Shown: positions 48,629-63,800, counted from the first letter of the stretch. The stretch: 64,000 nucleotides of DNA from an uncultured bacterium (GCA_963780225.1 CAWAAX010000027.1:97363-161362); one strand, 5' to 3'. Made by a program: numbers and translations. Notes: generated by a model from the sequence alone, not told the origin.

Positions 48629-51217
48629 TTACGTCCCCGTTTTCCCCGGCAGCAGTTTTTTGATCCTGGCCCACAGCGCCTCGCCCTTGAACGGCTTCTG
48701 CACAAACTCCACCGCGCCCATTTCCAGGGCCTTCACCTCCATCTGCTCGTCGGCCGAGCCGGTCAAAAACATCACCGGGGTCAGGATCTTTTTCTGGTTT
48801 ATGATGTCCATCAGTTTTAGCCCGTCCAAATTAGGCATGTCCAGATCGGTCAATATCAGGTCAAACTTTTGTCCGGAGATTGCCATCAGGGCGTCATAGC
48901 CGTCATTGGCAAGGACCACCCGGCAGTTATGCTTCTCCAGCATTCTCTGCACCAGGTTTCTGGTATCGGGATCATCATCCGCCACCAAAATGGTCATATC
49001 TCCGGAGATTCGCTCCGGGACCGCATTTTTAAGCGAAGCTGGCTCCGGCAGCGCCGCTTTTCCGGGAACAACTGCGGCGGCCGGGACCGCTACCGAGGAT
49101 AAATAATCCCGCTCCTCGGCCAGCACCCGGTTTTCGGCTTCCTGGGGCGAGAATATGAGTTCCTTTACCTTTTGGGCGGCGTGATGCCCTATCAGCTGGT
49201 TCCCCCGCTGGCGGGCAAAATTTCTGATCTCATCCAGCGGCTTCCCGCTCCGCACCATTTCGGTTATTTCTCCGTCAAACAGCAAAACCTCATAAACTCC
49301 CTCCCGGCCCCGGAACCCGGTCTGGCCGCATTTGTCGCAGCCCACCGGACGGGCTACCGTCTCAATTCCTTGCGGCAGGAACGGCTCCAGCCATTTTTTT
49401 TCCTGGGCGGTGGCTGGCCCGGTTTTTTTGCAATCGGGACAAAGCTTTTTTATCAGCCGCTGGGCCACTATGGCCAGCACCGAATCGGCGATGGCGCCCC
49501 GGCTGACGCTTAACCGTTCCAGCCGGAATACCGCGCTGACCGCATTGGAGGAATGGATGGTGGAAATGGTCAGGTGCCCGGAACTGGCAAAATCCAGGGC
49601 CATCTTGGCCGAGTAAGGGTCCCGGATCTCGCCCAGGAACATGATGTCGGGATCCTGGCGCACCGCGGACTTTAGCAGGGCCTCAAAGGTTACCCCGGCC
49701 TTTTCATTCACCTGCTGCTGGTTGGCGTAGGGAATGCGGTATTCCACCGGGTCCTCCACCGTGATCAGGCTGCGGCTTTTGGTGTCTATCTGGGACAGGA
49801 AGCTGTAGATGGTGGTGGTCTTGCCGGAGCCGGTGGGGCCTACTATCAGCACCACTCCATGGGTGCGGCTGGTCAGATCCTTCATTGTTTCGGACTGTTT
49901 GGCCGTCATTCCCAGTTCGGACAGCAGGGCCGGTTTCACCGATGGCTCCAGCATCCTGATCACCAGGCTTTCGCCGTCGGGGGTGGAGCTGGTGGCCATC
50001 CGCATCTTAAAACTGCGCTCGCTGATGGTGGCCTCCAGCCCGCCGTCCTGGGGACGCCGCCGATCGGCAATATCCAGTCCGCTCATGGCCTTGAACCGGG
50101 AGATCAGCATGTCGCCGGTCTTCTTTTTAAGTTTGAACATGTCGCGCATGTCGCCGTCCACCCTAAACCGCACCAGGGTGTTTTCCTCCTTGGGCTCGAT
50201 GTGGATATCGCTGGCCCGCTCCTCCACCGCTGAATAGAGGATGTTGTTGGCGATGTGCAGCACCGGATATTTTTCCACCTCTTCCTGGGTCAGCTTGGCC
50301 ACCTCTATTTTTTCCCGTTTGGTAACCACTTGTCCCGACTGGGAAGGGTCTGACGCTCCCTCGTCGTTCCGGGCCTGGGCTTCGAACAACAGTTTTATTT
50401 TGGCCGGCTCGGTTACGGCCAGCGACGCCCGGTGGCCGGTCTTTCCAAAGTTTTCCAAAAGCGTGATCAATTCCACGTTGAACGGATTGGCTACCAAAAA
50501 TATGACCTGTCCCGAATCCCCTGCCATGGCCACTATCTGGTTGCGGCGGGAGAAGGCCGGAGGCAGAACCCCCAGCTTTATTTTTTCCGGGTCTATCTGG
50601 GCCAAATACTCCAGCTTTAAATATTCAGCCATGGCCCGGGCCAGCCCGGAAGCCGGCAGAGCGTCGGTTTCCGAAAGTAAATAGATCTCTTCCGGCGGTA
50701 AAGTGGCTAAAAGCTCCCGTTTATCCCGCGATATCTTGTACTTTTCCGCCAGCCAATCCTTAAAAGCCAGATACTGGGCCGGAGATATGACGGCATCCCA
50801 AATGGTGGCCTCCAGTGCCAAGGAAGACCATTGTTTACCGGCCTTTAAACATTCATCGATCTTGGAAAGCAGTATCTCCCTTTTGATGGGCTTCTCCAAA
50901 TAATCAGCCGCACCGCAGGAGAGGGTTTTTTGACGGTCTTCCTGTCCGCCGGAGGCGGTGATCACCAGCACCGGGATCAGAGCCGTTTCCAGGTCTTCCT
51001 GCAGACGCTCGCAGAACTGGTATCCGGAAACAACCGGCATCATCAGGTCCAACAGAATCAGGTCCGGTTTTTGTTCTCTGGCTTCGGCCAGCCCCTTTAA
51101 GGGATCGGACGATAGAATCACCCGGTACCCGGCCGGCCCCAGATAGCGCTCCAGTAATTTCAGGATATTCGGATCGTCGTCCACGCAAAGAATCAGGGGA
51201 AGTTCTTTTTCAGTCAT
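48629..51217 (-). CDS. PilB/GspE-family assembly ATPase with N- and C-terminal receiver domains
   Basis: REC (VDDD, LDLMMP, EKP); ASDIHIEP, GPTGSGKTTT, EDPVEY, LGEIRD, GHL..STIH, CPDC...CDKC; REC (ADDD, TDLDMP, QKP). Confidence 0.95.
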   Translation of the reverse strand: MTEKELPLILCVDDDPNILKLLERYLGPAGYRVILSSDPLKGLAEAREQKPDLILLDLMMPVVSGYQFCERLQEDLETALIPVLVITASGGQEDRQKTLSCGAADYLEKPIKREILLSKIDECLKAGKQWSSLALEATIWDAVISPAQYLAFKDWLAEKYKISRDKRELLATLPPEEIYLLSETDALPASGLARAMAEYLKLEYLAQIDPEKIKLGVLPPAFSRRNQIVAMAGDSGQVIFLVANPFNVELITLLENFGKTGHRASLAVTEPAKIKLLFEAQARNDEGASDPSQSGQVVTKREKIEVAKLTQEEVEKYPVLHIANNILYSAVEERASDIHIEPKEENTLVRFRVDGDMRDMFKLKKKTGDMLISRFKAMSGLDIADRRRPQDGGLEATISERSFKMRMATSSTPDGESLVIRMLEPSVKPALLSELGMTAKQSETMKDLTSRTHGVVLIVGPTGSGKTTTIYSFLSQIDTKSRSLITVEDPVEYRIPYANQQQVNEKAGVTFEALLKSAVRQDPDIMFLGEIRDPYSAKMALDFASSGHLTISTIHSSNAVSAVFRLERLSVSRGAIADSVLAIVAQRLIKKLCPDCKKTGPATAQEKKWLEPFLPQGIETVARPVGCDKCGQTGFRGREGVYEVLLFDGEITEMVRSGKPLDEIRNFARQRGNQLIGHHAAQKVKELIFSPQEAENRVLAEERDYLSSVAVPAAAVVPGKAALPEPASLKNAVPERISGDMTILVADDDPDTRNLVQRMLEKHNCRVVLANDGYDALMAISGQKFDLILTDLDMPNLDGLKLMDIINQKKILTPVMFLTGSADEQMEVKALEMGAVEFVQKPFKGEALWARIKKLLPGKTGT

Positions 51218-51530
51218 ATACGATCTCCACCTTTTCCAAATATTGTTTCAGGTTCTGCAGCTGCTCTTTTATCCCTTCCGCCTGCTGTCCCTTGGCGCAA
51301 AGCTCCATGGCCGCCCCGATCACAGTTATGCCGTCAAATCCATATCCCCCTCCCGAGCCTTTCATGCTGTGAGCCAGCCGCTGGATCAGCTCAAAGTCGG
51401 CGCAAAGCAGGGCGTGGTTTATGGCGGCTATGTCCTGAAGCCGGTTGTCCAAATATCCCGGCAGCAGGTCCTGCAGGTCGGGGTCTCCCTTTACCACTAT
51501 CCTGTCCAGATTATTTTCCGTTGGTTCCAT
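51210..51530 (-). CDS. Hpt (histidine phosphotransfer) protein
   Basis: LAHSMKGSGGGYGF; start revised to MEPTEN; overlaps the ATPase start by 8 nt. Confidence 0.92.
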   Translation of the reverse strand: MEPTENNLDRIVVKGDPDLQDLLPGYLDNRLQDIAAINHALLCADFELIQRLAHSMKGSGGGYGFDGITVIGAAMELCAKGQQAEGIKEQLQNLKQYLEKVEIVYD

Positions 51531-51699
51531 CGCTTGCAAGTCCTTCTGTTGATTGATTGCTGGTTTAAAATCAGTGTCCGTTATCCGAATATGATGGCGA
51601 TGGATAAGAAACAAACCATACGATTTTCCGATTACCCCTTAATAGTACTTCGGGAATTAAACAGGTCAACAATCCCAATCCGTTTTTCGGAAGTCTTTG

Positions 51700-52030
51700 T
51701 TGTCATGCCCGTAATAACGGGCATCCAGGCCTGTCCCGGCTGGATCGGGTACCGGGATTTTCTCTGGAGTTTACCCCGCACAACGATGCGGGGAGGGAAT
51801 GACGAGTAGATGTAGTAAGTTGCCAAAGTAATAATCGTCCCGGAAAATCATGTTAATCCTGTCTGCCCCGGTAATTTTGCCCCGTACCCCGGTCATTGCA
51901 CGGCAGGATGCTTGGCGCATAGTGACTGGTACCCGGTTAATTGTTCGTTGTTCATTGTCCGCCAGACCCGTTTTCCCACAGTGCCTCGATTGTAAAAGTT
52001 AAATCATGTAAATCCTGTCTACCCCGGTAA
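51700..52030. repeat. REP-like pair GTCATGCCCG..CGGGCATCCAG / CTGG..GGGAATGAC plus AATCATGTTAATCCTGTC copies
   Basis: Palindromes at about 51701-51803; motif copies at about 51845 and 52001 match the 64-bp array unit. Confidence 0.7.
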
Positions 52031-52034
52031 AAGA

Positions 52035-56234
<4,200 letters not shown>

Positions 56235-56249
56235 GTCTATATTCGCTTA

Positions 56250-56621
56250 TCACTCCTTATTTCCCAGTACATCTTGGACCGCCTGGATAAGAACCCCGCT
56301 CTCCAGCGGTTTTTGCAGATATCCTTGAACCCCCAAGTCGGTCACCTGCTTTTTCAGTTCCTGATCATCCAAAGCTGTTACCACCACTACCGGGGTAAAA
56401 TTGTAAAGCAAAGAACCACGGATCGATCTGAGAACGCTGATCCCGCCGCCGGCCGGCATTTTTAGATCCAGTACCACCAAGTCGGGGCGCTCCTTGCGCA
56501 TTTGATTTATTCCCTGATAAGCGTCTATGGCAATCATCACATGGTATCCGGCCACGCTGAGTTGTTTGGCCATCAGCCTGGTGATATCGGGATCATCTTC
56601 TACTATAAGGATCTTGTGCAT
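56250..56621 (-). CDS. Single-domain response regulator
   Basis: ILIVEDD, LDLKMP, VTA, QKP. Confidence 0.94.
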   Translation of the reverse strand: MHKILIVEDDPDITRLMAKQLSVAGYHVMIAIDAYQGINQMRKERPDLVVLDLKMPAGGGISVLRSIRGSLLYNFTPVVVVTALDDQELKKQVTDLGVQGYLQKPLESGVLIQAVQDVLGNKE

Positions 56622-56774
56622 AACTGCTCCTGCTTTCTATTGTATTTATAATCTGTATTACTTTGCAACCCCTTTGCCTGACCTGTAGTTAGCCTATTTA
56701 AAGCAATACTAATTTTACTAATTATACTGATTTTACTCGTATTGTCAATAGTTTTCTGTATTTTCATGAAAAAT

Positions 56775-56945
56775 AAAAAAAACCCGCCACACTTCGACTA
56801 AGACTTCGGCAGGTGGTGCAGTAAGCTTGCAAAACTGCTCAGTCCGGCGTCTCAGTGTCCGGCGGGGCTGGCTGACCCCTCTCCCTACCTCTCCCCTGAC
56901 TTCGCTAAACTGCTTCGTCAGGCAGGCCCATCAGGAGAGAGGCTC
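56775..56945. repeat. Nested palindromic repeats related to 45057-45120 and 44857-44892
   Basis: CCCGCCACACTTCGAC...CTCAGTGTCCGGCGGGG; CCCCTCTCCCTACCTCTCCC[insert]GGAGAGAGG. Confidence 0.75.
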
Positions 56946-57048
56946 TTACATTGTATAATGATTTTTTAGCCTAAGATTGAAATATTTTCGCGTTTTTTCG
57001 TGGGTTTAGTGGGGAAATAAATCTGCGGATTGTTAAACGCCTTCGTAA

Positions 57049-58416
57049 TTAACTCCCGAACAGCGACACCACCCGGTTCTTCCCCGCCCTTTTGGCCTGG
57101 TACAAGGCATCATCGGCCCGCTTGATTATGTTTTCCCCGGTGCTGTCATGTTCCGAGGCCTGGGTTATGCCGATGCTGACCGATACCTTCTGATCCTTGC
57201 CCTCTAAAAACTTCTTACTCTCCACTGCCGCCCTTATCCTTTGGGCAATGACCAGGGCCTGGTCCTCCTTGGTGTCCGAAAATATCACTATGAACTCATC
57301 CCCGCCATAACGCACCGCCAGGTCGCTGGTCCGGATCTCATCCTTCAGTATCCCGGCCGCCGTGGTCAGCACTTGGTCGCCGGATAAATGCCCCAGATTG
57401 TCGTTGATGGATTTAAAGTTATCAAGATCCATGATCATCAGCGAGAACATCCGGCCGTGCCGCTTGAACAGCGCCAGCTCCCGTTCCATCACCGTATCCA
57501 GATAATGCCGGTTGTAAAGCCCGGTCAAAGGATCGGTGATGGACTCTTGGAATGTTTCATCTAAGCTATATCTCAGTTCCTTCTGGGCCAGGTGCTTCCG
57601 GATATTAGCCTTTACCCGGGCCAGCAGTTCCAGCGAATTGACCGGTTTTATCAGGTAATCGTCCACCCCCATATAAAAGCTCTTGACCTTGGTCTTTAAG
57701 TCGCCCAGGGCGGTGATGATGATCACCGGGATGTCCTTGGTAACGGCATCCTCTTTCAGCTGCTTCAGCAGGTCCAGCCCGTTGATGCCCGGCAGCATCA
57801 GATCCAGCAATATCAGATCGGGGATGGCGGCCTTCAGATATTTTTGGGCCTCCTCTCCATCGGGAGCGATGTCAACCACATAACCGCCGGTGCCTAATAT
57901 AGCTTTGCAGATGTTGGTGATCCTCTCATCATCCTCCACAATCAGGATATGACTGCGGTAAGAGGAAAGAATGTTTTTGACGTGAGCCGGCACCAGCTGG
58001 CGGCCGCTTAATTCCTTCAGCTGATCCTGAAGTTTTTTCAGTTTTACCAACGAATGCACCCGGGCCAGCATTTCCTGCAGGTTAAAGGGTTTGGTTAAAA
58101 AGTCGTCGGCGCCGCTTTCCAGCCCCTTCACTTTGTCCTCCACGCTGCCCAGGCCGGTCACTAAGATTATGGGAATCCCTGACGTGGCCGGATCCGCTTT
58201 AAGTTTTTCGGTTGCCTGGTAACCGTTCATCTCCGGCATTACCACGTCCAGCAAAATGACATCGGGCAGAAAACTGCGAGCCTTTTCCACCGCCTGGACG
58301 CCATTGACGGCCGATTCTATTTCATAACCCTGATCGCTTAAGGCGGCTATGAAGAAATTAACTATGGTGGGCTCGTCATCGGCTACCAGCACTTTGGGCT
58401 TTGGTTCCTGGTTCAT
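57049..58416 (-). CDS. PleD-like diguanylate cyclase (REC-REC-GGDEF)
   Basis: Two receivers, DPLTGLYNR, DLDNFK.IND..GH, RTSD I-site, RYGGDEF. Confidence 0.96.
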   Translation of the reverse strand: MNQEPKPKVLVADDEPTIVNFFIAALSDQGYEIESAVNGVQAVEKARSFLPDVILLDVVMPEMNGYQATEKLKADPATSGIPIILVTGLGSVEDKVKGLESGADDFLTKPFNLQEMLARVHSLVKLKKLQDQLKELSGRQLVPAHVKNILSSYRSHILIVEDDERITNICKAILGTGGYVVDIAPDGEEAQKYLKAAIPDLILLDLMLPGINGLDLLKQLKEDAVTKDIPVIIITALGDLKTKVKSFYMGVDDYLIKPVNSLELLARVKANIRKHLAQKELRYSLDETFQESITDPLTGLYNRHYLDTVMERELALFKRHGRMFSLMIMDLDNFKSINDNLGHLSGDQVLTTAAGILKDEIRTSDLAVRYGGDEFIVIFSDTKEDQALVIAQRIRAAVESKKFLEGKDQKVSVSIGITQASEHDSTGENIIKRADDALYQAKRAGKNRVVSLFGS

Positions 58417-58446
58417 GGCGTTTCCCTTTTGTGGTTGTTTAATCGT

Positions 58447-58562
58447 TGACTGAGCTTGCCGAAGTCACCCCCGTTCCCAATTACCCGCTGACTGAGCGTT
58501 CGACTGAGGCCCTCGGCTGAGCTCGGTCGAAGCCCTAACGCCGAAGTCCTGTCGAAGTCAGC
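58447..58562. repeat. Triply nested CTGAG..(G/T)CGAAG palindromes
   Basis: Simple copy TGACTGAGCTTGCCGAAGTCA at 58447; nested copy at 58487-58562. Confidence 0.75.
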
Positions 58563-58924
58563 GCCGTCTTCACCGCCGCCAGTAATTCCGTTACCTGCAC
58601 CGGCTTGGACAGATACTGATTAATTCCCATCCGGGCCACCCGCTCCCGGTCAGCTGGCTCTACCACTCCGCTGATGAATATGATGGGGATTTGGGCGGTG
58701 GCCGGATTGCCACTTACGGCTTCAGCCAGCTCAAACCCGTCCATGCCGGGCAATATGGCATCGGTGATCAGCAGGTCTGGGAATATCTGATGCACCTTGT
58801 CCAATGCCTCTATCCCGTTTTGAGATATTACGGCTTCGTACCCGGCGTCCTCCAAAATGGATTGGTAAACCCAGCTGAGGTTCGGGTCGTCTTCCGCCAC
58901 CAATATCTTGAATGTAGAACTCAT
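58535..58924 (-). CDS. Single-domain response regulator
   Basis: ILVAEDD, ITDAILP, ISG, SKP. Confidence 0.92.
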   Translation of the reverse strand: MSSTFKILVAEDDPNLSWVYQSILEDAGYEAVISQNGIEALDKVHQIFPDLLITDAILPGMDGFELAEAVSGNPATAQIPIIFISGVVEPADRERVARMGINQYLSKPVQVTELLAAVKTALTSTGLRR

Positions 58925-58948
58925 GGCCCCGGCTCCTTTATGTTTTTT

Positions 58949-58992
58949 CGAATTACTAATTACGAATTACGATTCACGATTCACAATTCACG
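58949..58992. repeat. Heptamer array (CGAATTA/CGATTCA)
   Basis: cgaatta ctaatta cgaatta cgattca cgattca caattca cg. Confidence 0.85.
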
Positions 58993-59722
58993 AGCCCGGT
59001 GGAGTGGTCTTTTCTTCGTTCTTTTGATCCGGAAAGTAATCAGGATACAGTTTATGGGCGCATTCGTCGCACAAGCCGTGGCTGAATTCGGCTTCGGTAT
59101 GCCTGGCTACATATTCCTCCACCTGCTGCCAGTAACCTTCGCCATCGCGGATCTTCTTGCAGGAGGCGCAGATCGGGATCAGCCCCTTAAGCGTCTTAAC
59201 ATCATTCAGGGCGTCTTGCAGCTGCCGGTTGTTTTTGGTAAGTTCCCGATGAAGGTTTATCAATTCGTTGTTCAGCCTGGCCAATTCGTCATATATCCCG
59301 GATTCACCGGATATTCGCCGGGAGATCATCTCCTCAATTATTTTGAAAGGATGCCCGGACTCAAATGATCCTGCATCATGAAGGGTTGAAATGTATTCCT
59401 TTGCTTCTTTTAAGTGATCGTGGACCATTGTGCCGATGACATACAGATCATCATTATGTTTTATGCCCGACAACGAATAATCAGCCCGTTCCGAACCTTG
59501 ATCGAGGTTTAAGACCCAGTCCACCGCTTTGTGCTCCTTGTTTAACAGCGCAATGAAGTCCAGGAACTTTCCGGAGGAACTATGGCTCCCCAAGGATGCC
59601 AGGTTCTCTGCGGGGACTTCTCCGGCAAAAATACTGCCGGGGTCGCTGGCCACCGTTTTTATCCGGCCGTCAGTCTGGCAGACCAGGGCAAAACCCTTTA
59701 TGGCATCCTTAACGCTCATCAT
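58988..59722 (-). CDS. PAS-like/coiled-coil protein with C-terminal Cys/His (PICxxC...HGxCxxC) domain
   Basis: YDELARLNNELINLHREL coil; LKGLIPICASCKKIRD..GYWQQVEEY...FSHGLCDEC; overlaps the B12-binding gene by 4 nt. Confidence 0.85.
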   Translation of the reverse strand: MMSVKDAIKGFALVCQTDGRIKTVASDPGSIFAGEVPAENLASLGSHSSSGKFLDFIALLNKEHKAVDWVLNLDQGSERADYSLSGIKHNDDLYVIGTMVHDHLKEAKEYISTLHDAGSFESGHPFKIIEEMISRRISGESGIYDELARLNNELINLHRELTKNNRQLQDALNDVKTLKGLIPICASCKKIRDGEGYWQQVEEYVARHTEAEFSHGLCDECAHKLYPDYFPDQKNEEKTTPPGS

Positions 59723-60768
59723 TTACCCGCCAGTTTCAGTCCCAAAGCCACCGCATGTTCTGCATCCTGAGCATATCCATCGGCCCCGGCCTTCCGCCAC
59801 AGCCCTGGAGAAACGTTGAACGGGTACCCACCAGCCAGGATTTTGGTGTCTCTTATACCTTCGCTCCCCCGGATACGTTCGATTAAGCCGGTCAGGGCCG
59901 GCAGGTTGAAACTGATGGTGGTGGAAAGGCAGAGGATGTCCGGTCGCTGGTCACGAATTGCCTTTAACAAACCTTCGGCCGGCGTGCTGGCACCTAGATA
60001 ATAAGTGTCCCATCCATCCATTTCAAAAAAGTCGCTGACCATCCGGATGCCCATCTCATGGAGCTCGCCTCCCACCGAACAGCCGATCATCTTCAGGCCG
60101 TTCTTGGGGCCGGTAAATACTTTGGGGTATTGCTGGGCCATTATCATCTGCGTGGCAGAGGTGCAGTAATGCTCCTGAGCCACAGTGATCTGATTCAACT
60201 GCCACAACCGGCCCACTTCCAGCTGGGTGTTCTGGAATACTTCCAGGTAAATATCCTTGATCTTATAGCCCTGTTCTAGTGCCTGGACAACTTCCCGGGC
60301 GGCCAGTTCCCGTTTCCCCTGAAGCAAATGATCCATGTATTTTTGGGCAAAAGGCGTCAGTTTTTTGCCTGGCTTTAAAAAGCTGGCCGGATGATCTGGC
60401 ATCCCGGCCGAGGCCGAAATGGCATTTTCCAGGAGTTCGACCGCCCCCTTTCCGCTTTTCAGCTCCTTTGCCAGCACAGTTTTGGACGACTCCAGCATTT
60501 TAGGAAGGGCTTCCGGACCAAAACCCAATCCGTTGAACAATCCTTTCAGCCAGCCGACATAATCCAAAAACAAAGACGGATCGTCCATCTCCAATGACTG
60601 TGATAAAAAGGAAAGAGTCCAATTCATATCCCTCAGGCTATATTCCATCCCCTTATCCCCGTATTTCCCCCACTCTCCGGGCTGGATACCATACTGGCGT
60701 TCCACGATCTTTTTGGCCAGCGCCTGGCTGGATGACCGTATTTCCTGAATTTCTTCTGACTTTTTCAT
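59719..60768 (-). CDS. Cobalamin-binding sensor with N-terminal globin/phycobiliprotein-like domain (photocobilin-like)
   Basis: W-x9-EH (WQLNQITVAQEH), ELHEMG, YLGASTP, CLSTT, AGG; N-terminal YSLRD....FL helical domain. Confidence 0.8.
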   Translation of the reverse strand: MKKSEEIQEIRSSSQALAKKIVERQYGIQPGEWGKYGDKGMEYSLRDMNWTLSFLSQSLEMDDPSLFLDYVGWLKGLFNGLGFGPEALPKMLESSKTVLAKELKSGKGAVELLENAISASAGMPDHPASFLKPGKKLTPFAQKYMDHLLQGKRELAAREVVQALEQGYKIKDIYLEVFQNTQLEVGRLWQLNQITVAQEHYCTSATQMIMAQQYPKVFTGPKNGLKMIGCSVGGELHEMGIRMVSDFFEMDGWDTYYLGASTPAEGLLKAIRDQRPDILCLSTTISFNLPALTGLIERIRGSEGIRDTKILAGGYPFNVSPGLWRKAGADGYAQDAEHAVALGLKLAGK

Positions 60769-60807
60769 GATCTTTCCTCAGTTATTTGTTCTACGATGCC
60801 TTGAGAA

Positions 60808-63800
60808 CTATCCGACCTCTTCCCCATCGGTCTTGTTCTTCTTGTCCTTGAAATATTCCGGATACAGCTTATGGGCGCATTCGTCGCACAGGCCGTGGCT
60901 GAAGTCGGCTTCGCTGTGATCGGCCACATATTCCTCCACCTGCTGCCAGTAGCCCCCGTCGTTGCGGATCTTTTTGCAGGAGGCGCAGATCGGTATCAGC
61001 CCCTTCAGCTGTTTGATGTTGGCCAGGGCATCCTTGAGCTCGGCGATCATTTTCTCCCGCTCGGCCTCGGCCTTTTTGCGCTGGGTAATCTCCCGGAAGA
61101 ATCCCACTATGGCCGGCCGGCCCTGGTACTGCACCGGACTGCCGGTCACTTCTATCGGTATCTCCACCCCGTATTTGGAGACCAGGGATATTTCGTATAT
61201 GCCCGGGACGTCAACATTGTTCATTCTGTCCCGCATTCTCTTATGGGAAGCCTCCCGATAACTGGGATGGACCAGATCCAGCCAGGAGATTTTTTTAAGT
61301 TCCTCCTGGGAGTAGCCGGTTATCCTGACCGCTTCCTGGTTGGCCACTAAGCAGGCCAATTGAATATTCCCGGAATTCTGGAGCATCATTATGGCCTCAC
61401 CCGCCCGGCCGGCCGATTCCACCAGCGCCCGGTTCTGGGCCTCAGAGGCCTTCAGTTCGTCCTCCATCATCTTGCGCTCGGTGATGTCCTCTTTGACGGC
61501 CAGATATTTGACAACCTTCCCCTCAGTATCCCTAATGCCAGCGATTGATGCCTGCTCCCAGTAAAGGCTGCCGTCCTTGCGCTTGTTGTGGAACTGTCCC
61601 CGCCATTCGCCCCCGCATGAGATGGTTTCCCACAACTGCTTATATGCTTCGTCCGGCAGTTCCCCCGACTTCAAAATCCTGGGATTCTTTCCCTGCGCTT
61701 CCGCCAGGCTATAGCCGGTAATTTTTTCAAAGGCCGGGTTGGCGTATTCAATGTTGCCTTCAAGATCGGTAATCACGATCACGCTGGGACTCTGTTCCAC
61801 CGCCAACGAAAGCTTGCGCAGTTCGGCCACTAACTTTTTTCTTTCTTCCTCGTCATTTTTACGGGCAATGGCCAGGGCAATGTTGTCGGATACGAAATTA
61901 AGCATGGACAGTACCTCCGCTCCGAACCGGATATCCTCATGGTACGATTGAATGACCAGCACCCCCATCATCCGATCTCCCACTTTCAGGGGGACTCCGG
62001 CCCACTCTACCGACAGAGTGCCAACCACGGATGTCTTTCCCTGCTCCGCCAGCAGTTGTTGCATCACCCGATCGGCCAGTAAAGGATTTCCGGTATTCAG
62101 TACATATTCGGTCAGGCCATGGCCCAATTTACGGGACTTGGGCCTGGGATCGAATTCATCCACGGAATATGGAAAACTGAGCAGCTGCTCTTTTTCATTA
62201 TAGATCGCCAAATAGAAGTTCTTGGTAAATGTAAGCTCGGCTACTACCTTATGTATTTCGCCATAAAGTGTTTCCAGATTGTCGGACTTGGCCGCTGCCT
62301 CTGAAATATGGTACAGGGCCTTTTGCAGTTTTTCCGATTTTTTTCTTTCCACCTCGTCATTTTTCCGGGAAATGGCCAGGGCAATGTTGTCGGATACAAA
62401 ATTAAGCATGGACAGGTCCTCGGCTCCGAACCTGACGTCTTCCCGGTACGACTGAACCACCAGCACTCCCAAGGTTTTGCCTCCCACTTTCAATGGTACC
62501 CCGGCCCAGTCAATCGCCGGAGTGCCTACCACGGATACCTTCCCCTGTTCTACCAAAAGATTCAAGACCCTCGGCGAGGCCAGCAATGGGACCCCTGTTT
62601 TCAGCACATATTCGGTCAGCCCGTTGGTTAGCTGGCGGGATTGAGGCATAGGATCAACTTCGTCTACAAAATATGGAAAACTAAACATCCCCTCTTTTTC
62701 ATGATAAAGAGCTATGTAGAAATTTTGGGCCGAGATCAATTCCGCCACGGTTTTATGTATCTCGCCATACAAAGATCCCAAATTATCGGAATTGACCGCT
62801 GCTTGTGAAATATGATACAGGGCAGTCTGTAGCATCTCCGCCCTTTTGCTCTCGGTAATGTCCCTGAAATACCAGACGCGGCCGTAATATTTGCCTTCCG
62901 GCCCCGCCATAGGCGCCGAGTAGCGGTCAAATACATGCCCATTCTTTAAAATGATTTCATCCTGGCTTTTTTCATATTTGTGTGCATAGAGGTATTGCAC
63001 CCTGTCAAGGAACGAGGTGGGATCCGCCATCTTGCTCGTAACAAACTCCAAAAGAAGATTATCTGATTTCTGTTTGACCAACTCCAGAGGGATACCCCAC
63101 ATCTCGACAAACCGTTGGTTATATGATGCTATATTATTATCTTCCCCTATAACTAATATTCCGTCAATCGAAGCTTCCTGTTGGGTTGACATAATTACAT
63201 TTTTGAAACGCAATTCTTCTTCGGCCCGTTGCTGCTCGGAGATATCTTCAATAATTGCCTGAACTCCCGCACCTTCGGGGAGAGGCTTCAAATTGAGCTT
63301 CATGAGAATGCTCTTGCCCCATTTGGTTGTATATCGCCGTTCCGATACCATACGTTCCCGTTTTTCCAAACATTGACGGATATCCTTCGAAATACCTGCT
63401 TCTACCATGGGGGGGAATGTTAGGACATTTATCAGTTTAGTCTCTTCAACCGATGGCGAACCGAGAATCTCCAGCAAAGTCGGATTGACATCCAGGATGT
63501 ATCCGTCTGGATCGATGGAAATAATCCCCAGCGGAGCACCTTCAAACAAGCTCCGGTATTTTTCTTCATTCTTCTTTAATTCATTCTCCAATACTTTTCG
63601 TTCAGAGATATCAACAAAACTTTCCACCAGCACTGTACGCCCGTCCAGCTCCGTCTCCACCACGGTTTTGATGATGGGCATACATTTGCCGGAAGATGTC
63701 AATAGCGTTCGCTCGGAATTGTCCACCTTTTGTCCTTTGTCAGTAATGGGGCAGGCGCCTATGTCGGCCGGGCACACATGCTTCTGGCAGGTTTGGTCTA

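Noticed and set aside
50580..50800. MshEN c-di-GMP-binding motif in the PilB-like ATPase
   Set aside because: No RLGxxL(L/V)xxG consensus visible, so direct c-di-GMP control of the motor is unsupported.
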